Of a stretch of 64,000 bases of DNA, positions 39,515 through 50,100 are shown one piece after another. Both the position numbers and the translations under genes were made by a program. Position 1 is the first letter of the stretch, and each line of letters opens with the position of its first letter. This DNA is from a virus, in IMG/VR virus record IMGVR_UViG_3300024978_000001. One strand, written 5' to 3'. The notes under the pieces were generated by a model that worked only from the letters and a program-made list of their open reading frames with translations, was not told the DNA's origin and did no database searches.

Positions 39515-41052
39515 TGCGCTGTGTCATATCACGTGCCAACAAGGCTCTGCTCGTGCCGAACGACGGCCGCGCTGCGAACCTGTTTCCCGCCGCGCCGGTT
39601 CTCGACAAGTACCGCGTGGTCCCGCACGACATCCACAGCGTCGTGCTCCTGCGCTCGCTCAGCTACGAAGTGCCGAACCCGGCGCTCTGCTACTACGACT
39701 GGAAAGGTGGCAAGCCGTTCGCCGTGCAGCGCGCCACGGTCGATCTGCTGACGACCAATCCGCGCGCCTACGTGCTCAACTCGATGGGCACCGGCAAGAC
39801 GAAGGCGGCGCTCTGGGCGTGGGATTACATGCTCGCGCAGAAGCTGGCGGGCAAGGCGCTGGTGCTCACTACACTGTCGAACCTGCACACCACCTGGGCC
39901 GCGGAGGCGTTCGCTACGGTGCCGGGTCGCAAAGCTGTTGTTTTGTACGGCACCAAGCAAAAGCGGCTCCAGTTACTCAACGAAGACGCCGATCTCTACA
40001 TCATCAATCACGATGGCTTGAAAACCATCCAAGCGGCATTGTCGCTTCGCACCGACATCGACACGCTGATCCTCGACGAGCTCGCCGTCTACCGCAACAA
40101 CTCAGAGCGATCCAAGGCGATGCGCAAATTCTCGCAACGCTTCAAGATCGTGTGGGGGCTGACCGGCGCTCCGATGCCGCAGGCCCCGACCGACGTGTGG
40201 GCGCAAGCCCAGATCGTCACCCCACACACCGTGCCGAAGTATTTCCGGCAGGCCCAAGAACTGCTGATGAACAAGGTGAACAATTTCAAATGGACGCCGA
40301 AGCAAGACGCGATCCAGACCGCGTTCCGGATGCTGCAGCCGAGCGTGCGCTACTCCATCGACGCCGTGGTGGAGCTGCCCGAGGTTGTCCACCGCACGCT
40401 GGATACGCCGCTGACCAAAGAACAGAAGGTCGCCTATGACGCGCTCTCGAAAGCATTCCAAGCGGATGTCCAAGGCGAGAAGATTACGGCGGTCAACGCT
40501 GCGGTTGCGATGGGGAAGCTACTACAAGTCTCCGGAGGTTGGGTCTACGCGGGTAGTAAGAGCGTCGCGCTCGATAATAGCCCCCGGGTTGATACTCTCG
40601 TGGACCTTGTGAACGCGAACGAACGAAAGGCGCTGATCTTTGTCCCGTACCTGCACGCGATCGAAGGGCTCTCGCCGCTACTGGAGAAAGCGGGCATTGA
40701 GCATGCAGTTGTCCATGGCGGTGTCTCTTCGTCGGCACGATCCGACATCTTACGAGCGTTTCAACACACTGACAAATACAAGGCACTTCTCGCTCACCCT
40801 GCGTGCCTTGCGCATGGGCTTACGCTTACGGCAGCCGATCTGATCGTCTGGTACATGCCGATCACGAGCCTGGATATTTACGACCAGGCCAACGCGCGCA
40901 TCTCTCGCATCGGCCAGAAACATCGGCAGCAAGTGATCCATCTTTGCTCCACTCCCGTAGAGAAAAAAATCTATTCGCTCCTGCGCAGCAAGGCCAACGT
41001 GCAGGCGCAACTTCTAGCAATGTTGGCCAACGCAACCCAGGAGGCAGCATGA
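39514..41052 (+). CDS. SNF2-family helicase/ATPase
   Basis: LNSMGTGKTKAAL (motif I) and TLILDELAVYRN (motif II). The C-terminal helicase domain has ...GLTLTAADLIVWY...QANARISRIGQ. Confidence 0.85.
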   Translation: MRCVISRANKALLVPNDGRAANLFPAAPVLDKYRVVPHDIHSVVLLRSLSYEVPNPALCYYDWKGGKPFAVQRATVDLLTTNPRAYVLNSMGTGKTKAALWAWDYMLAQKLAGKALVLTTLSNLHTTWAAEAFATVPGRKAVVLYGTKQKRLQLLNEDADLYIINHDGLKTIQAALSLRTDIDTLILDELAVYRNNSERSKAMRKFSQRFKIVWGLTGAPMPQAPTDVWAQAQIVTPHTVPKYFRQAQELLMNKVNNFKWTPKQDAIQTAFRMLQPSVRYSIDAVVELPEVVHRTLDTPLTKEQKVAYDALSKAFQADVQGEKITAVNAAVAMGKLLQVSGGWVYAGSKSVALDNSPRVDTLVDLVNANERKALIFVPYLHAIEGLSPLLEKAGIEHAVVHGGVSSSARSDILRAFQHTDKYKALLAHPACLAHGLTLTAADLIVWYMPITSLDIYDQANARISRIGQKHRQQVIHLCSTPVEKKIYSLLRSKANVQAQLLAMLANATQEAA

Positions 41053-41333
41053 AAACCGCCGCCAAGAAAGCGATCCCCCAGGCGCCCCGACGCGCCGCGA
41101 AGGTCAAGAACGTTCGTAACGAAAGGACCACACCGATGAAGAAGTTTCCGTTGAAGGCCCGCGTCCCGTTGAAGATCGGCGACAAGGTACGCACCGACAT
41201 CAACGGCGGCGTGCATGTTGTCGAACATGACCGCAATGGTCTGTTCATCCGCTGCGCCTATGGCCGGCACTACTTGCTCGACCACGGCTACCGTGACGGT
41301 AACGCGGTCGTCGGGGTGTCAGCCGATGCTTGA
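41050..41333 (+). CDS. hypothetical basic protein (94 aa)
   Basis: ATGA overlap with the helicase stop. MKTAAKKAIPQAPRRAAKVKN... Confidence 0.5.
41288..41302. repeat. palindrome copy with one mismatch
   Basis: CTACCGTGACGGTAA, inside 41050..41333 (Y-R-D-G-N). Confidence 0.7.
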
Positions 41334-41748
41334 CACCACCGACGCTTCCAAAGAAGCCACCAAGAAGTTCGAGAAGCGTACAGCACAGTACGTGGCTGTG
41401 CGCGACAAGATCAAAGAGATCAGCGAACGGCACGCCGAAGAGCTCAAGCCGCTCGTCGATCTGCAGAACGATCTCACCGCGTGGTTCACGGAAGAGTTAT
41501 CGCGGGTCGGCGCACAGAGCGTGAAGACCGGAGAAGGAACTGTTTACCAGTCCACTCGCTACAGTGCGTCCCTTTCGGACCCCAAGGCTTTCATGGACTA
41601 CGTCATCGGCAACAGCGCGTTCGACCTGCTCGACCGCAAGGCGAACTCGACCGCGGTGCGCGACTTCGTTGAGCAGCACAAGTCTGAACCGCCCGGCTGC
41701 CGGCTGAGCGCTGTTCGCACCATCGGCGTGCGCCGCGCCGCGAAGTAA
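41326..41748 (+). CDS. hypothetical protein (140 aa)
   Basis: ATG at 41326 inside ORF 41215..41748. N-terminal helical region. Confidence 0.55.
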   Translation: MLDTTDASKEATKKFEKRTAQYVAVRDKIKEISERHAEELKPLVDLQNDLTAWFTEELSRVGAQSVKTGEGTVYQSTRYSASLSDPKAFMDYVIGNSAFDLLDRKANSTAVRDFVEQHKSEPPGCRLSAVRTIGVRRAAK

Positions 41749-41763
41749 TTACCGCGACGGTAA
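41749..41763. repeat. TTACCG-N3-CGGTAA palindrome copy
   Basis: TTACCGCGACGGTAA. Intergenic, 16 nt upstream of ATG 41780. Confidence 0.95.
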
Positions 41764-41779
41764 ATCAACAGGAAAACCG

Positions 41780-42037
41780 ATGAACACACTCGACACGGAA
41801 GAAGGCCAGAAGAAGTTCACCGAACGAATGCTCGACCTCGTCAAGGAGTTTGGCGGCGACTGCGCGGCGTGGATTGTCTCGGATAGGGACGCGCAACCGA
41901 TGGCTTTCGGTGCCGCCGGCACAGACACGACGGGGACACGCGAGCTGCTCTGCCGCGCCATCAGCATCAGCTACGCCTATGACCGTGGGGTGGTTGGCGG
42001 CGCCGAGATCATCAGTGACGCCCGCAAGGTGAACTAA
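41780..42037 (+). CDS. hypothetical protein (85 aa)
   Basis: ORF track. Confidence 0.55.
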   Translation: MNTLDTEEGQKKFTERMLDLVKEFGGDCAAWIVSDRDAQPMAFGAAGTDTTGTRELLCRAISISYAYDRGVVGGAEIISDARKVN

Positions 42038-42078
42038 ACCCCAACAACCACAAAGTTTAAGAACGTAACGGAGTAATT

Positions 42079-43251
42079 ATGACCAGCACTTCCCTCATGA
42101 ACGTCGACGCGTTCAACAACCAGCTCCCCGACGCAGCCTTCGCGTCGCTCAACCCCGAGAGCGAAAGCCTTGCCGACGGCATCGGCCAGAGCTACGGCAT
42201 CATCGGCTACAAAGGCAAAGTGTGGACGCTGCGCTACCGCGGAGAGAACTACACCTTCACCCGCCCTGACGACGGTTCGCCGTCTGCGTTCCTCGATTGC
42301 ATCGTGCTGCGCTCGGCCTCGTACCGCTCGAAGTCGTTCTACAAGGACGGCTACCAGGAAGGCGTCAGCGGATTGCGGCCGACCTGCGCCTCGCTCAACG
42401 GCGTGACGCCCGATGCCGACGCTCCGGAGCCGCAGGCATCGGCTTGCTCGCTGTGCCCGCGCAACGAGTTCAAACAGAACGCCAACGGCCGCAAGGGCAA
42501 GGACTGCAGCGACTACAAGCGTCTTGCTGTTCTCATTCTGCCGTCGCAGTCGGCGCCGCTGTTTGGGGGCTCGGCCCTCATGGAGCCGGTGTTCCTGCGC
42601 GTCCCTGCAGCGTCCCTCAACGATCTGGCGACGCTGGGCGAAGCCATGAGCAAGAAGGGCTTCCACTACGCCACCTACATCACCCGCATCGGGTTCGATG
42701 TGGAGAAGCCGCATCCGCAGATGACGTTCCGTGCGGTGCAGAAGCTGTCGGCACAGGAAGCGCCGCTCGTGATCGAGATGCGGGAGGACCCGCAAGCGTA
42801 TCGCATCACGGGCGAGAACGAAGTGGGAAAGTCGCAGCCTGCGAGCGCGAATACACAGCTCAGTGCGCCGCAGACGCAGCAAGCCTCCTCGCAGGTGAGT
42901 TCAACCCCGTCAAACGCTTCTTCGACGACGACTACGACTACCTCGGCCCCATCGACTACGACCTCGACGACTTCCTCGCCCGATACTTCCAGCGGAGCGG
43001 CCGATGAAGTAGCGAAGCTCAAGGCTATGCTCGCCGCTGCGGAAGCCAAGAACAAAGCGGCTGCTACGGCCCATGAGCCGGCGAACGAGCCGATCAACAC
43101 TGGCTTTGGCGGGGTGGTCGGGCTCGGCACGAGCCAGCCTGCGATCGAAGTATCTGCGGGCTCGATCTCCGACAATGCCGCCGACACCGGCCCGGCTGAC
43201 GAAAGCGATGTTGACCTCGACGCCAGAGTAGCGGGGTTGCTTCAACGCTGA
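42079..43251 (+). CDS. putative ssDNA-binding protein (function by architecture only)
   Basis: 390 aa. Cys cluster CASLNG...CSLCPRNEF...GKDCSDYKR. Ser/Thr-rich linker (SSTTTTTTSAPSTTTSTTSS). Acidic C-terminal tail ADESDVDLDARVAGLL. Located between the helicase and primase genes. Confidence 0.45.
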   Translation: MTSTSLMNVDAFNNQLPDAAFASLNPESESLADGIGQSYGIIGYKGKVWTLRYRGENYTFTRPDDGSPSAFLDCIVLRSASYRSKSFYKDGYQEGVSGLRPTCASLNGVTPDADAPEPQASACSLCPRNEFKQNANGRKGKDCSDYKRLAVLILPSQSAPLFGGSALMEPVFLRVPAASLNDLATLGEAMSKKGFHYATYITRIGFDVEKPHPQMTFRAVQKLSAQEAPLVIEMREDPQAYRITGENEVGKSQPASANTQLSAPQTQQASSQVSSTPSNASSTTTTTTSAPSTTTSTTSSPDTSSGAADEVAKLKAMLAAAEAKNKAAATAHEPANEPINTGFGGVVGLGTSQPAIEVSAGSISDNAADTGPADESDVDLDARVAGLLQR

Positions 43252-43285
43252 ACCGAAGCGATAGCGCAGGGGAAGTGTTGGGTAC

Positions 43286-46200
43286 TTGAATGTGAGCGAC
43301 GCACGGAAGTTTTTGGGGGGCGTATTGGCCTGGCCGGAGGACGAGCAGTCCCCCGGCTGGGTCAACGTGCACGTCAACTCCAAGAACGATGACCCGAGCG
43401 ACACTAGCAATAAGAACAACGGCGGCAAGCCGTGGGTTGTCGGCTGGCCGTTTAAGGCCATTGACGATGCGCTGAGCCGCATCAACTGGTGCGAGAGCAC
43501 CGGCAAGTTTTACAACGCCTGGGTCTGCATGTCGCAACAGAGCGCGTGCACCAAGAGCCAGAAGACCGGCAAGCCCAAGGCGGTGCGTAGCGCGCAGACC
43601 GCCACCTATCTCAAGGCGATCTGGGTCGACGTCGACGTCAAGGCGGGAAGCCCGAAGCACTACGCAACCCAGGTCGACGCGTGGGCGGCGATCATGGCGT
43701 TCCACAAGAAGGTCGGTCTGCCGGACCCCTCCATGGTCGTGGACTCCGGGGGCGGTCTGCACATCTACTGGACCAGCAAAGATCATTTGTCGCTCGACGA
43801 GTGGAAGCCCTACGCTGTCGGCCTCAAGGCGCTGCTCATTCAAGAAGGTGTGAAGTGCGATGCCGGGCTGACCACCGACGCGGTGCGTATCCTGCGGGTC
43901 CCTGACACGCTGAACCACAAGTACACGCCAGCGCGCCCGGTGAAGCTGCTCCATGCCGGCGACGAGTACGACTTCCCTAAAGATCTAGCCGTGCTGCTTA
44001 CGGTTACCGCCGCGGTAACGCCGGCTGAGAAACCGGCGATCGTAATCGAGCCTGGGCACGAGCACTTGATCGGTGACCATCCTGACCCGGCTTTCGCCGC
44101 GCTCAAGCCCGACAACGCGCTGCAGGCGGGCTGCGGGCCATCAGGCCCGTTGCTGATCGACCCGACGCCGATCTTCGCAGAGAAAGGTTGCAAGTGGTTG
44201 CGCGAGGCGCTGCGCACCGGCGGGGCCGGCTTCGACCAGCCGCAGTGGAATTTGTCAGTGCTGTGCACCGTCTTCATGGAGAAGGGCAATGCGTTCGCGC
44301 ATGAAATCTCAAAGGGTCACGCGGAATACGGCTCGGGGGACGACACGCAGGCGCTCTACGATCGCAAGGTGGCGGACCGAGCAGACCGCGGAGTTGGGTA
44401 CCCAAGCTGCGCCACTATTGCTGGCGCTGGCAGCGCGCATTGCGCGACGTGCGACCATTTCAAGAAAGGGAAGTCACCGCTCAACATACGCGCTCTAAAG
44501 CCAGCGCCCACGAACGCGGTTACTGCGGCGGTAAACGGCAAGACGCTGCTGCTTCCCAACAGGTACTTCGTCGGCGACGACAACAAGATCTACTTCATGG
44601 ACCACCGCCTGGTGAAAGGCGAATACGTCGACGATCCGAAACAGCTCTTTCACAACATCATCGACGACGCGTATTCCACCAAGAACCCCGAGGCGCTGCA
44701 CCTGCATATCTCAACCGACAAGGGGAATTGGGACTGGATCACAATCGAGAAAGTGGACTTCGCCGGTCCCGGCTACGAGAAGAAGCTCGCTCAAGCGGGG
44801 TTGGACTATTGCGGCGAGAACAAGACAAAGTTGGAGGCGTTTTTTATGAGTTTCCTTGCACGTATGAAAGAAGCTGCTGAGCAGCAGGCCACCGTCAAAT
44901 TCGGCTGGTACCGGCCGAAGGGACCGATCGAGGGGTTCGCCTATGCCGGCCACATCTTCAAGACCGACGGATCGAGCACGCCGGCGAGCTACCCCGATGC
45001 AAACCTGCGCAGAAACTACCAGCCTCGTGGCAGCGTAGAGAACTGGCATACGACCGCTTCGTACATCTTCCGCCAGCGTCGGTCCGACTTCGATACCATC
45101 ATCGCAACCGCATTCGCCGCGCCGCTGATGGAGCTGACCGGACAGTCTGGTGTGATCGTCGCCTCGATGGGCGACCCGGGCTCGGGGAAGAGCTACGCGA
45201 TGGAGGTCGCCGCGGCGGTGTGGGGTAACCACAAACAGACCGTCGAGCGCGAGGGCACGACCGACAAGTCGTTGATCCACAAGCTGGGCTCGCTCGGGCA
45301 TCTGCCGGCGTATTGGGACGAAATCAGCGACCCTGTCCCGCAGGCGAGGTTTTTCGGCGTCGCGCAGCAAATCTCGGGGGGTGGCGAGGGCGGCAGGTTG
45401 ACCCAGAACATCAAGCAACAGAACCGCGGCGAGTGGAGCACCGTCCTCAACATCAACGGCAACAAGAGCTGGCGCGATTATGTGGTTTCAAAGCAGAAAG
45501 AGCACGGTGCCGGCTTGCGCCGCGTGCTCGAATACTGGGTGCCGAAGGATGTGCCGAACCCGCAAGGTCAGGTCCCGCCCAGCGAAGCCGATACCGCCCG
45601 CGCGCTGCTGCTTCACAATTATGGCGTCGTCGGCGAGCAGTACGCGCGGTACCTCGCGACGCACATGAGCCAAGTCTACCAGATGCTCAAGGCCAACACC
45701 GAATACTTCGAGGCCAAGCTGCAGCCCGACAAGCGAGAGAGCATGTGGCTGGCCGGGTGCGCAGTGCTGCTCACCGGCGCCGAGATCGCCACCAAGCTGG
45801 ACACGCCGGTGGAGTTCAACATCGGGCGGCTGGCCGACTTCTTGATCAACGTGTTCTTGAGCAACCGGCGCTACAGCAGCACCGCGCACACGAGCCCAAC
45901 GGATAATGCGGAAGACTACCTCGCGCAGTACCTCAAGGACCGCTCAGATGAAACGATCTGGACAATGGGCACATTCAAGGGCAGGGGGCGGCCGGGGCAG
46001 CAAGGGCAAGTAGAGTGGCGTCGCTTGCAGCCGAATGCCAGTGTGCGCAACGGCATTTCAGTGCGGTGGGATGGTCAGTCGATGACATTGAGTTTCTCGA
46101 AGACCAACTTCGTGGATTGGTGCGCCGGCAAGCCGGATAAGCGCGACCCCAACGTCATCGTTCGGGCGCTGGAAGGGATCTACAAGCTGCGCGGCGACCG

Positions 46201-46378
46201 CCGCATGCTCTGCGCCGGCACACCGTTCAAGATGCCGAGGGAGTGGGTGTACGTTATCGACGTCTCGCCGTACCCCACGCTGCGCGAGATCATGGACGCG
46301 TTCGTGGAGCAAACTCAGCTAAACGCGGATCTTGGCACTCCGACAGGGGTTGCGGGAGTGACGGGGACGGGGCCGTAG
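43286..46378 (+). CDS. bifunctional primase-polymerase / SF3-type helicase
   Basis: IWVDVDVK and VVDSGGGLHIYWTS (prim-pol signatures) in the N-terminal part. Walker A ASMGDPGSGKSYA in the central part. TTG/GTG start. Confidence 0.85.
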   Translation: MNVSDARKFLGGVLAWPEDEQSPGWVNVHVNSKNDDPSDTSNKNNGGKPWVVGWPFKAIDDALSRINWCESTGKFYNAWVCMSQQSACTKSQKTGKPKAVRSAQTATYLKAIWVDVDVKAGSPKHYATQVDAWAAIMAFHKKVGLPDPSMVVDSGGGLHIYWTSKDHLSLDEWKPYAVGLKALLIQEGVKCDAGLTTDAVRILRVPDTLNHKYTPARPVKLLHAGDEYDFPKDLAVLLTVTAAVTPAEKPAIVIEPGHEHLIGDHPDPAFAALKPDNALQAGCGPSGPLLIDPTPIFAEKGCKWLREALRTGGAGFDQPQWNLSVLCTVFMEKGNAFAHEISKGHAEYGSGDDTQALYDRKVADRADRGVGYPSCATIAGAGSAHCATCDHFKKGKSPLNIRALKPAPTNAVTAAVNGKTLLLPNRYFVGDDNKIYFMDHRLVKGEYVDDPKQLFHNIIDDAYSTKNPEALHLHISTDKGNWDWITIEKVDFAGPGYEKKLAQAGLDYCGENKTKLEAFFMSFLARMKEAAEQQATVKFGWYRPKGPIEGFAYAGHIFKTDGSSTPASYPDANLRRNYQPRGSVENWHTTASYIFRQRRSDFDTIIATAFAAPLMELTGQSGVIVASMGDPGSGKSYAMEVAAAVWGNHKQTVEREGTTDKSLIHKLGSLGHLPAYWDEISDPVPQARFFGVAQQISGGGEGGRLTQNIKQQNRGEWSTVLNINGNKSWRDYVVSKQKEHGAGLRRVLEYWVPKDVPNPQGQVPPSEADTARALLLHNYGVVGEQYARYLATHMSQVYQMLKANTEYFEAKLQPDKRESMWLAGCAVLLTGAEIATKLDTPVEFNIGRLADFLINVFLSNRRYSSTAHTSPTDNAEDYLAQYLKDRSDETIWTMGTFKGRGRPGQQGQVEWRRLQPNASVRNGISVRWDGQSMTLSFSKTNFVDWCAGKPDKRDPNVIVRALEGIYKLRGDRRMLCAGTPFKMPREWVYVIDVSPYPTLREIMDAFVEQTQLNADLGTPTGVAGVTGTGP
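44004..44018. repeat. TTACCG-N3-CGGTAA palindrome copy
   Basis: TTACCGCCGCGGTAA, inside the primase gene (V-T-A-A-V). Confidence 0.95.
44520..44534. repeat. palindrome copy with one mismatch
   Basis: TTACTGCGGCGGTAA, inside the primase gene (V-T-A-A-V). Confidence 0.7.
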
Positions 46379-46478
46379 TCACGGCCTCCGCGGGCGCTGC
46401 TAAGTGGGCGGTGCGCAGCGTGTCAATCGACACGCTGGCCAGGGCGTAAATCAACAGAAGGGGGGCGATGAATTTCAT
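46290..46478 (-). CDS. possible small secreted or membrane protein
   Basis: ATG at 46478 with GAGGGA upstream. MKFIAPLLLIYALASVSID (signal-peptide-like). Its 3' end overlaps the convergent primase gene by 89 nt, so uncertain. Confidence 0.3.
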   Translation of the reverse strand: MKFIAPLLLIYALASVSIDTLRTAHLAAPAEAVTTAPSPSLPQPLSECQDPRLAEFAPRTRP

Positions 46479-46486
46479 GGCGTCCC

Positions 46487-46723
46487 TCAATCGTCGCTAT
46501 CTTTTGTGAACTTGAATTTGCGCCGGGAGGCTGACGTCTTCCGGCGGTCGACTTTGAGTCGGAATTGAATGGTCGTGTTGGGGAGCTTTTCCCGTGTGCG
46601 GCGGTCGCGAACAACAAAATCGAACACATGCACAAGGCCGCAAGAACAGCACTGGTTTGTGAACCCGCGCTTCGTCGGCTCGATCCATTCACCTTCGTAG
46701 ATTTGCTCGTAGCCATCAGACAT
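46487..46723 (-). CDS. small CC-x-CGLVH-motif protein (78 aa)
   Basis: ATG at 46723. EGEWIEPTKRGFTNQCCSCGLVHVFDF. A paralogue of 37667..37909. Confidence 0.55.
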   Translation of the reverse strand: MSDGYEQIYEGEWIEPTKRGFTNQCCSCGLVHVFDFVVRDRRTREKLPNTTIQFRLKVDRRKTSASRRKFKFTKDSDD

Positions 46724-46733
46724 CGCCGCCCCC

Positions 46734-46748
46734 TTACCGCCACGGTAA
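46734..46748. repeat. TTACCG-N3-CGGTAA palindrome copy
   Basis: TTACCGCCACGGTAA. Intergenic, 10 nt upstream of the reverse-strand ATG 46723. Confidence 0.95.
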
Positions 46749-47012
46749 TTACGAGCGCGGCTTGATCGCCGGCAGCGACTTGCCGCGGGCCTTGGGGGCC
46801 GCCATGCAGCCGGTGCCCTGACCTGGGCCACTCTTGCCGTATTTCTGGTCTTCGTCCGCGGTGTCGCCTACGACATCGGCGCTCTGGCGCTTGCCTTCGT
46901 CAGGATCGCGAAACTCGACAGGCTCCTTAAGAAAGTCACGGGTTCTACCGAGAGCGGGGCCGCCCTTGGCGCTGTCTGAAATGTCTTGGGGCTTGCTTCC
47001 CTTGGCGTACAT
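46749..47012 (-). CDS. small Gly/Lys/Asp-rich protein (87 aa)
   Basis: ORF track. Low complexity (AKGGPALGRTRD, GKSGPGQGTG). Confidence 0.45.
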   Translation of the reverse strand: MYAKGSKPQDISDSAKGGPALGRTRDFLKEPVEFRDPDEGKRQSADVVGDTADEDQKYGKSGPGQGTGCMAAPKARGKSLPAIKPRS

Positions 47013-47142
47013 TGGGCTTCTCCGCTTGCTTCTGTCCTGGAAACTTCCCGCCGTTCGCGTGCCACAACTCGACTTGCGCCTTGTTGAAGTGGCGTCCGGA
47101 CGGGCTCACATAATCGTTGGTTCCGACCTTCTGAAATGGCAT
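46945..47142 (-). CDS. small basic protein (65 aa)
   Basis: ORF track. 68-nt overlap with 46749..47012 leaves the true end or start uncertain. Confidence 0.4.
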   Translation of the reverse strand: MPFQKVGTNDYVSPSGRHFNKAQVELWHANGGKFPGQKQAEKPNVRQGKQAPRHFRQRQGRPRSR

Positions 47143-47168
47143 GTTTCCCTCGACTGGTTGTGGTTTTC

Positions 47169-50100
47169 CTATCGGGTCGCCTTGGTGTAAAGGCCCTCCA
47201 GTGGGCCGCGGCCGGACCTATTGCGCTGCCGCAGCGACTGCATGTTGTATCGCGACGTCTTCGCCGAGTAGGCGACCGACCGCCGGCTCGGGTTCTTGAT
47301 GTCGAGCATCTGATCGCGGAGGCCGCCAGCGACGCTGTGCCCGCTGTCCACGGTGTTGGCGTAGGTGTTGTACGGCGAGAATAGGTTGCGCGCAGCAAAC
47401 TCGCCGGCCTCGACCGCCGCCTGCCCGCCAGCACGCACGTTGCCTTTTGCCGCTTGGGCTACGAGCCCACGTTCAACGATCGGCTTGCCGCGATAGTCCC
47501 GATTGTCCTTTGCCTGCAGCACTGCGGTGAGCAGCGGCGAGGGCGTGACCAGGCTCTTGAGCGGCGCCGTGATGTCTTCCTTGCCCCGCAGCGCATCGAC
47601 GATATGCGCCGGCACCGAGATCGGGCCGCGGCGCTGCTGTGAGGCGCCCTTGTTGCCGGTGATGTATTTCGCCGCGGCGTCCAGCGCCGGGTAAATGACC
47701 AGCCCGAGCAGCCCCATTGCGAAGAGGTGCCCGAGCGCGTCGATCTTGGCCGCGCCGTTCCCCTTGACCAAGTCGCGGATGGTGTTGCCGTAGGAGTTCA
47801 TGATGCCCCAGTGGTAGCGGCCGAACACCGTGGCAGCGGGCTCAAGAAGGAGCTGAGCGACGACCCGGGCGCCTGCTCCGGTGCCGAGCACCGTGGACGG
47901 CACGCGGTAATTCGGGATGTGGCGCTCGGCGTGGATGATGGCCTGGTCGATGTCCATGCCTTCGTTCATGCGCTCCATGATGGCCTGGGTCAGGAACATA
48001 TCGTTGCCCGCCCACATGACGCGGCTGGATGCCTTGTAAACCGCCCGCACGAGGTCGCTGGGGCCGACGCCAAACTTCCGGGCGATTGGGTCCCACCTTG
48101 CCGGCTGCTTCCTCACGGCCTCGCCAAAGCCGCGGGCGAGGTTGTTCACGGCGTCCTGCGTGAGCACGCCGCTGTAGATCGTGCTGCCGCCGTTCTGCCG
48201 GATGGCTTTCTGGAAGTCGTCCTGCGTGACGACTGACTTGATCGCCTTGAGGCTGGTGTCGGCGAGCGACAGGTACGACTTCGGGACCGCCCAACGCTGG
48301 CCGCGGCCAACGAACCAGTGGCCACCGACGTTGGCAAGGTGCGCCACCGGCAGCCAGAAGATGGTCTTGGTGATCGCCTGGCTGATGCGGCGAATATACG
48401 CCACCGCGCCTTCGTTGATGCCGGGCTGCGCCATGTCATCGAGCGCGTAGGCGAGCTGCGGGTCGAAATGCCAGGCGCCATTCTTCCCGCTAAAATTGGC
48501 AAGTTTGGTCGGCAAGTAACCGTCGGGGATTTTGGCGCCCGGCGGTGCAGCGTACTTCAAGAACTCGGGGTCCTCTTTGAAGCCCTCGACGAATTTGTTG
48601 TAGCGCAGGATGCGACCCAGGTCGTAGTTCGCCATCGCCGCCGACAGCGCCGCGTTGTGGTAATACTTCGCCTTCTCGCCGGGGCCGAACAGCGCGTGGT
48701 CCTCGATCTCCGAGGTCAGCGCCTTCTTCATGGTGAAGGTCTTGCCCCCCACCGTGTACTGCTTGCCCGGCGCGTACTCGAAGTTCTCGTCCGTCACCTT
48801 GATCGGCTTGCGGTTGTGCCACACGGTGAAACCGTCGTCGTTCGCCGCGATCAGGAAGCGGTTACCCTTGGGGTCCTCCATCGCATAGAACTTCCGCTCC
48901 AGCATGGTGTTGACCGGGCGGACAGGCAGACCCTGACGGCCGGACACGATTGGGTCGTCGCGCTCGTCATCCACAAACATATTGCGGTCGGCCTTCTCGC
49001 CGGCCGGGATACGCATCGCGTGGTCGCCCTCGACCTTCTCGCCGAGCATTGCGACAAGGTGCTTTGGCAGCACGGTCTTGGCGGCTTCGTACAGCGCGTC
49101 GTTCTCGTTGAAGAGCGGCTCCAGGTATTTGTTGTAGAGCGCCTGCTCCTTCGGATCGAGGTTGCCGATGGTGCCGGCCTCGCGCGCATCGTAGAGCCGG
49201 CGCAGCGTCGCCGGGTTGTTCAACTCCTTCGGCAGCGACTTCGACCAGTGCTGCAGGTCGATCAGTTGCTGCTCATTGCCCTTGATGACCTTCACCGCCT
49301 CGGTGGACAGCGAGCGAGCGTATTGCTCCGCCGCGGATTTGGCGGGGCGGGCGATATGGCTCTCCAGCTTGGCGTGCTTGAAGTAGTCGCCGGCTTTGAC
49401 CTTGGCTTTGAACTTCTGGATGTCGGCGATGATCTTGTCGAGATTGAGCGCACCGGCTTCATCATCCATGAACAGCCGTCCCAAGCTCTTCGTCGTCGGG
49501 TCGCGCGCCTCTTTCGTCATCTTGACGATGTCGGCGCTGTCCAGGCGCGAGCCAGGGCGCGGCGCCGACGCCCCTTCAAGGAGCCGCTTGATGTATTCCG
49601 GATCGAGCGTCTTCGGGTCGATCTTGCGCACCGCGGAGGCTTTGGGGTTCTCCGGCGTGGAGCCTTCTCCGAGCGCCACCCCGGTCTTGCTGCTGCCGAC
49701 CATGCCGCCCTTGTTGGTGCTGCGCTTCTGCACCAGGGCTGCGGCGAGCGCGGCCCGGTCGCTCGGGTTGTTCGTGTCCAGGTGTTTGGTCGCCGCGCGC
49801 TCCTCCGCGATGCTTTCGGGCGTGGCGGGCTCTGGGCGCACCATGCTCTCGGCTTCTTCGTGCGGCACGTCGAACTCGCCTTTGGAGGCGTTCGCGCGGT
49901 CGATCGCGTCGATGATGTCGTCTTCAACGCTGTTATGCGTGGCGCGCTCGGCCTCGGCCCCCGCGATTGCCTCGTCGCCTGAACGCTTGGACAAACCAAT
50001 ATCGCTCTCGATGCGGCCGGTGGCGCGCGCCTCTGCGACACCTTCGCCGCCGCTGCGCAACAGCTTCTCCTGCGCGCGGAAGGCTTCGACCGCCTTGTCG

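Noticed and set aside
46945-47012. Programmed ribosomal frameshift joining 46945..47142 and 46749..47012
   Set aside because: The 68-nt overlap contains no X-XXY-YYZ slippery heptamer that I could find, and no obvious downstream structure.
48318-49982. Long antisense ORFs such as 48318..49982 (+, 554 aa), 17180..18403 (+), 26730..27821 (-), 60667..61668 (+), 42034..42882 (-), 43094..43954 (-), 25538..26233 (-), 44711..45418 (-), 50157..50882 (+)
   Set aside because: Their translations are Arg/Ala/Gly/Leu-rich with no recognisable motifs. Each is exactly opposite a gene with recognisable motifs or operon coupling. Stop-poor shadow frames are expected in GC-rich DNA.
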